IMG/VR virus record: IMGVR_UViG_2703718827_000004
Location: 1 to 16,495 of that record
From: a virus
Taxonomy: Duplodnaviria; Heunggongvirae; Uroviricota; Caudoviricetes
DNA length: 16,495 nucleotides
Strand: one strand, 5' to 3'
In this document: positions 15,515-16,495 of the stretch, one piece after another
Position numbering within the stretch: position 1 is the first letter of the stretch
How the letters are laid out: every line of letters starts with the position of its first letter
Notes under the pieces: model-generated
Seen by the model: the letters and a program-made list of their open reading frames with translations, nothing else
Databases searched by the model: none
What the model was told of the DNA's origin: nothing
Position numbers and translations under genes: made by a program

Positions 15515-15856
15515 ATGAAAATCACTCTCAGCAAACGAATCGGCCTGCTCGCTATTCTGCTGCCTTGCGCACTGGCATTGAGCACAACTGTTCATGCCGA
15601 AACTAACAAACTGGTGATTGAGTCTGGCGACAGTGCACAAAGCCGCCAGCACGCCGCTATGGAAAAAGAGCAATGGAATGACACGCGCAATCTGCGCCAG
15701 AAAGTGAATAAACGCACTGAAAAAGAGTGGGATAAAGCCGACGCCGCTTTTGATAACCGCGATAAATGTGAGCAAAGCGCCAACATCAATGCCTACTGGG
15801 AGCCCAATACTTTGCGCTGCCTGGACCGTCGAACTGGCCGCGTTATTACCCCCTAA
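15515..15856 (+). CDS. ynfB: Secreted DUF1283-family protein YnfB
   Basis: 113 aa with an N-terminal signal peptide ([28 protein letters not shown]); GGGAATGAATT RBS region. Confidence 0.9.
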
Positions 15857-15890
15857 CCTGTTATTGATTTAAGGAATGTAAGGACACGTT

Positions 15891-16451
15891 ATGCCAAGCG
15901 CCCACAGTGTTAAGCTACGCCCGCTGGAGCGTGAAGATTTACGCTATGTACATCAACTCGACAATAACGCCAGTGTGATGCGTTACTGGTTTGAGGAACC
16001 CTACGAAGCCTTTGTTGAACTCTCTGATCTGTATGATAAGCATATTCACGATCAGAGCGAACGGCGCTTTGTGGTGGAATGTGACGGCGAAAAAGCCGGT
16101 CTGGTGGAGCTGGTGGAAATTAACCATGTTCATCGCCGCGCAGAATTTCAGATAATTATCTCCCCGGAGTATCAGGGGAAAGGTCTGGCAACCCGTGCCG
16201 CCAAATTAGCAATGGACTATGGCTTTACCGTTCTCAATCTCTATAAGCTGTATCTGATCGTTGATAAAGAGAATGAAAAAGCGATTCACATTTACCGCAA
16301 GCTTGGCTTTTCGGTTGAAGGTGAATTGATGCACGAGTTCTTTATTAATGGTCAATATCGTAATGCCATTCGCATGTGTATATTCCAGCATCAGTATCTG
16401 GCAGAGCACAAAACACCGGGTCAGACTCTCCTGAAGCCGACCGCACAATAG
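15891..16451 (+). CDS. speG: Spermidine N1-acetyltransferase SpeG (GNAT family)
   Basis: 186 aa [41 protein letters not shown]...; GNAT acetyl-CoA binding motif QGKGLATRA; AAGGA RBS. Confidence 0.95.
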   Translation: MPSAHSVKLRPLEREDLRYVHQLDNNASVMRYWFEEPYEAFVELSDLYDKHIHDQSERRFVVECDGEKAGLVELVEINHVHRRAEFQIIISPEYQGKGLATRAAKLAMDYGFTVLNLYKLYLIVDKENEKAIHIYRKLGFSVEGELMHEFFINGQYRNAIRMCIFQHQYLAEHKTPGQTLLKPTAQ

Positions 16452-16495
16452 CATTAATAATAATCGATCGTATTTTTGGGTGATGCTGCCAACTT

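Noticed and set aside
1-16495. CRISPR array or cas genes
   Set aside because: No regularly spaced 25-40 bp direct repeats with unique spacers; the only regular repeats are the 23-bp-period iterons and 12-bp tandem repeats inside the replication gene, which are coding.

Overview
This window is an Escherichia/Shigella-type chromosomal segment carrying the integrase-proximal arm of a Qin-like defective lambdoid prophage, integrated beside the core genes rspB-rspA-ynfA-ynfB-speG (12603-16451). All calls rest on reading the six-frame translations, recalled reference protein sequences and motif inspection; no database search was run. Reading right to left from the chromosome junction, the prophage contains an intact tyrosine integrase and excisionase, an 823-aa exonuclease with a C-terminal DEDDh domain, and the ydfD/dicB/dicF/ydfC/ydfB/ydfA operon. 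Further left lie the dicA/dicC immunity switch and a leftward early operon: a 173-aa protein, a replication initiator with a DnaT-like C-terminus and internal iterons, a 140-aa protein, and a short, probably truncated methyltransferase ORF. The left end of the prophage is disrupted by a complete IS66-family element (689-3220, flanked by an 8-bp direct repeat) and by the end of an IS3-family element (1-256). I found no CRISPR array, tRNA or rRNA and no recognisable multi-gene defence system. The most interesting items are the in-gene iteron array, the exonuclease architecture with no partner annealase, and the truncated methyltransferase coupled to an unknown 140-aa protein.
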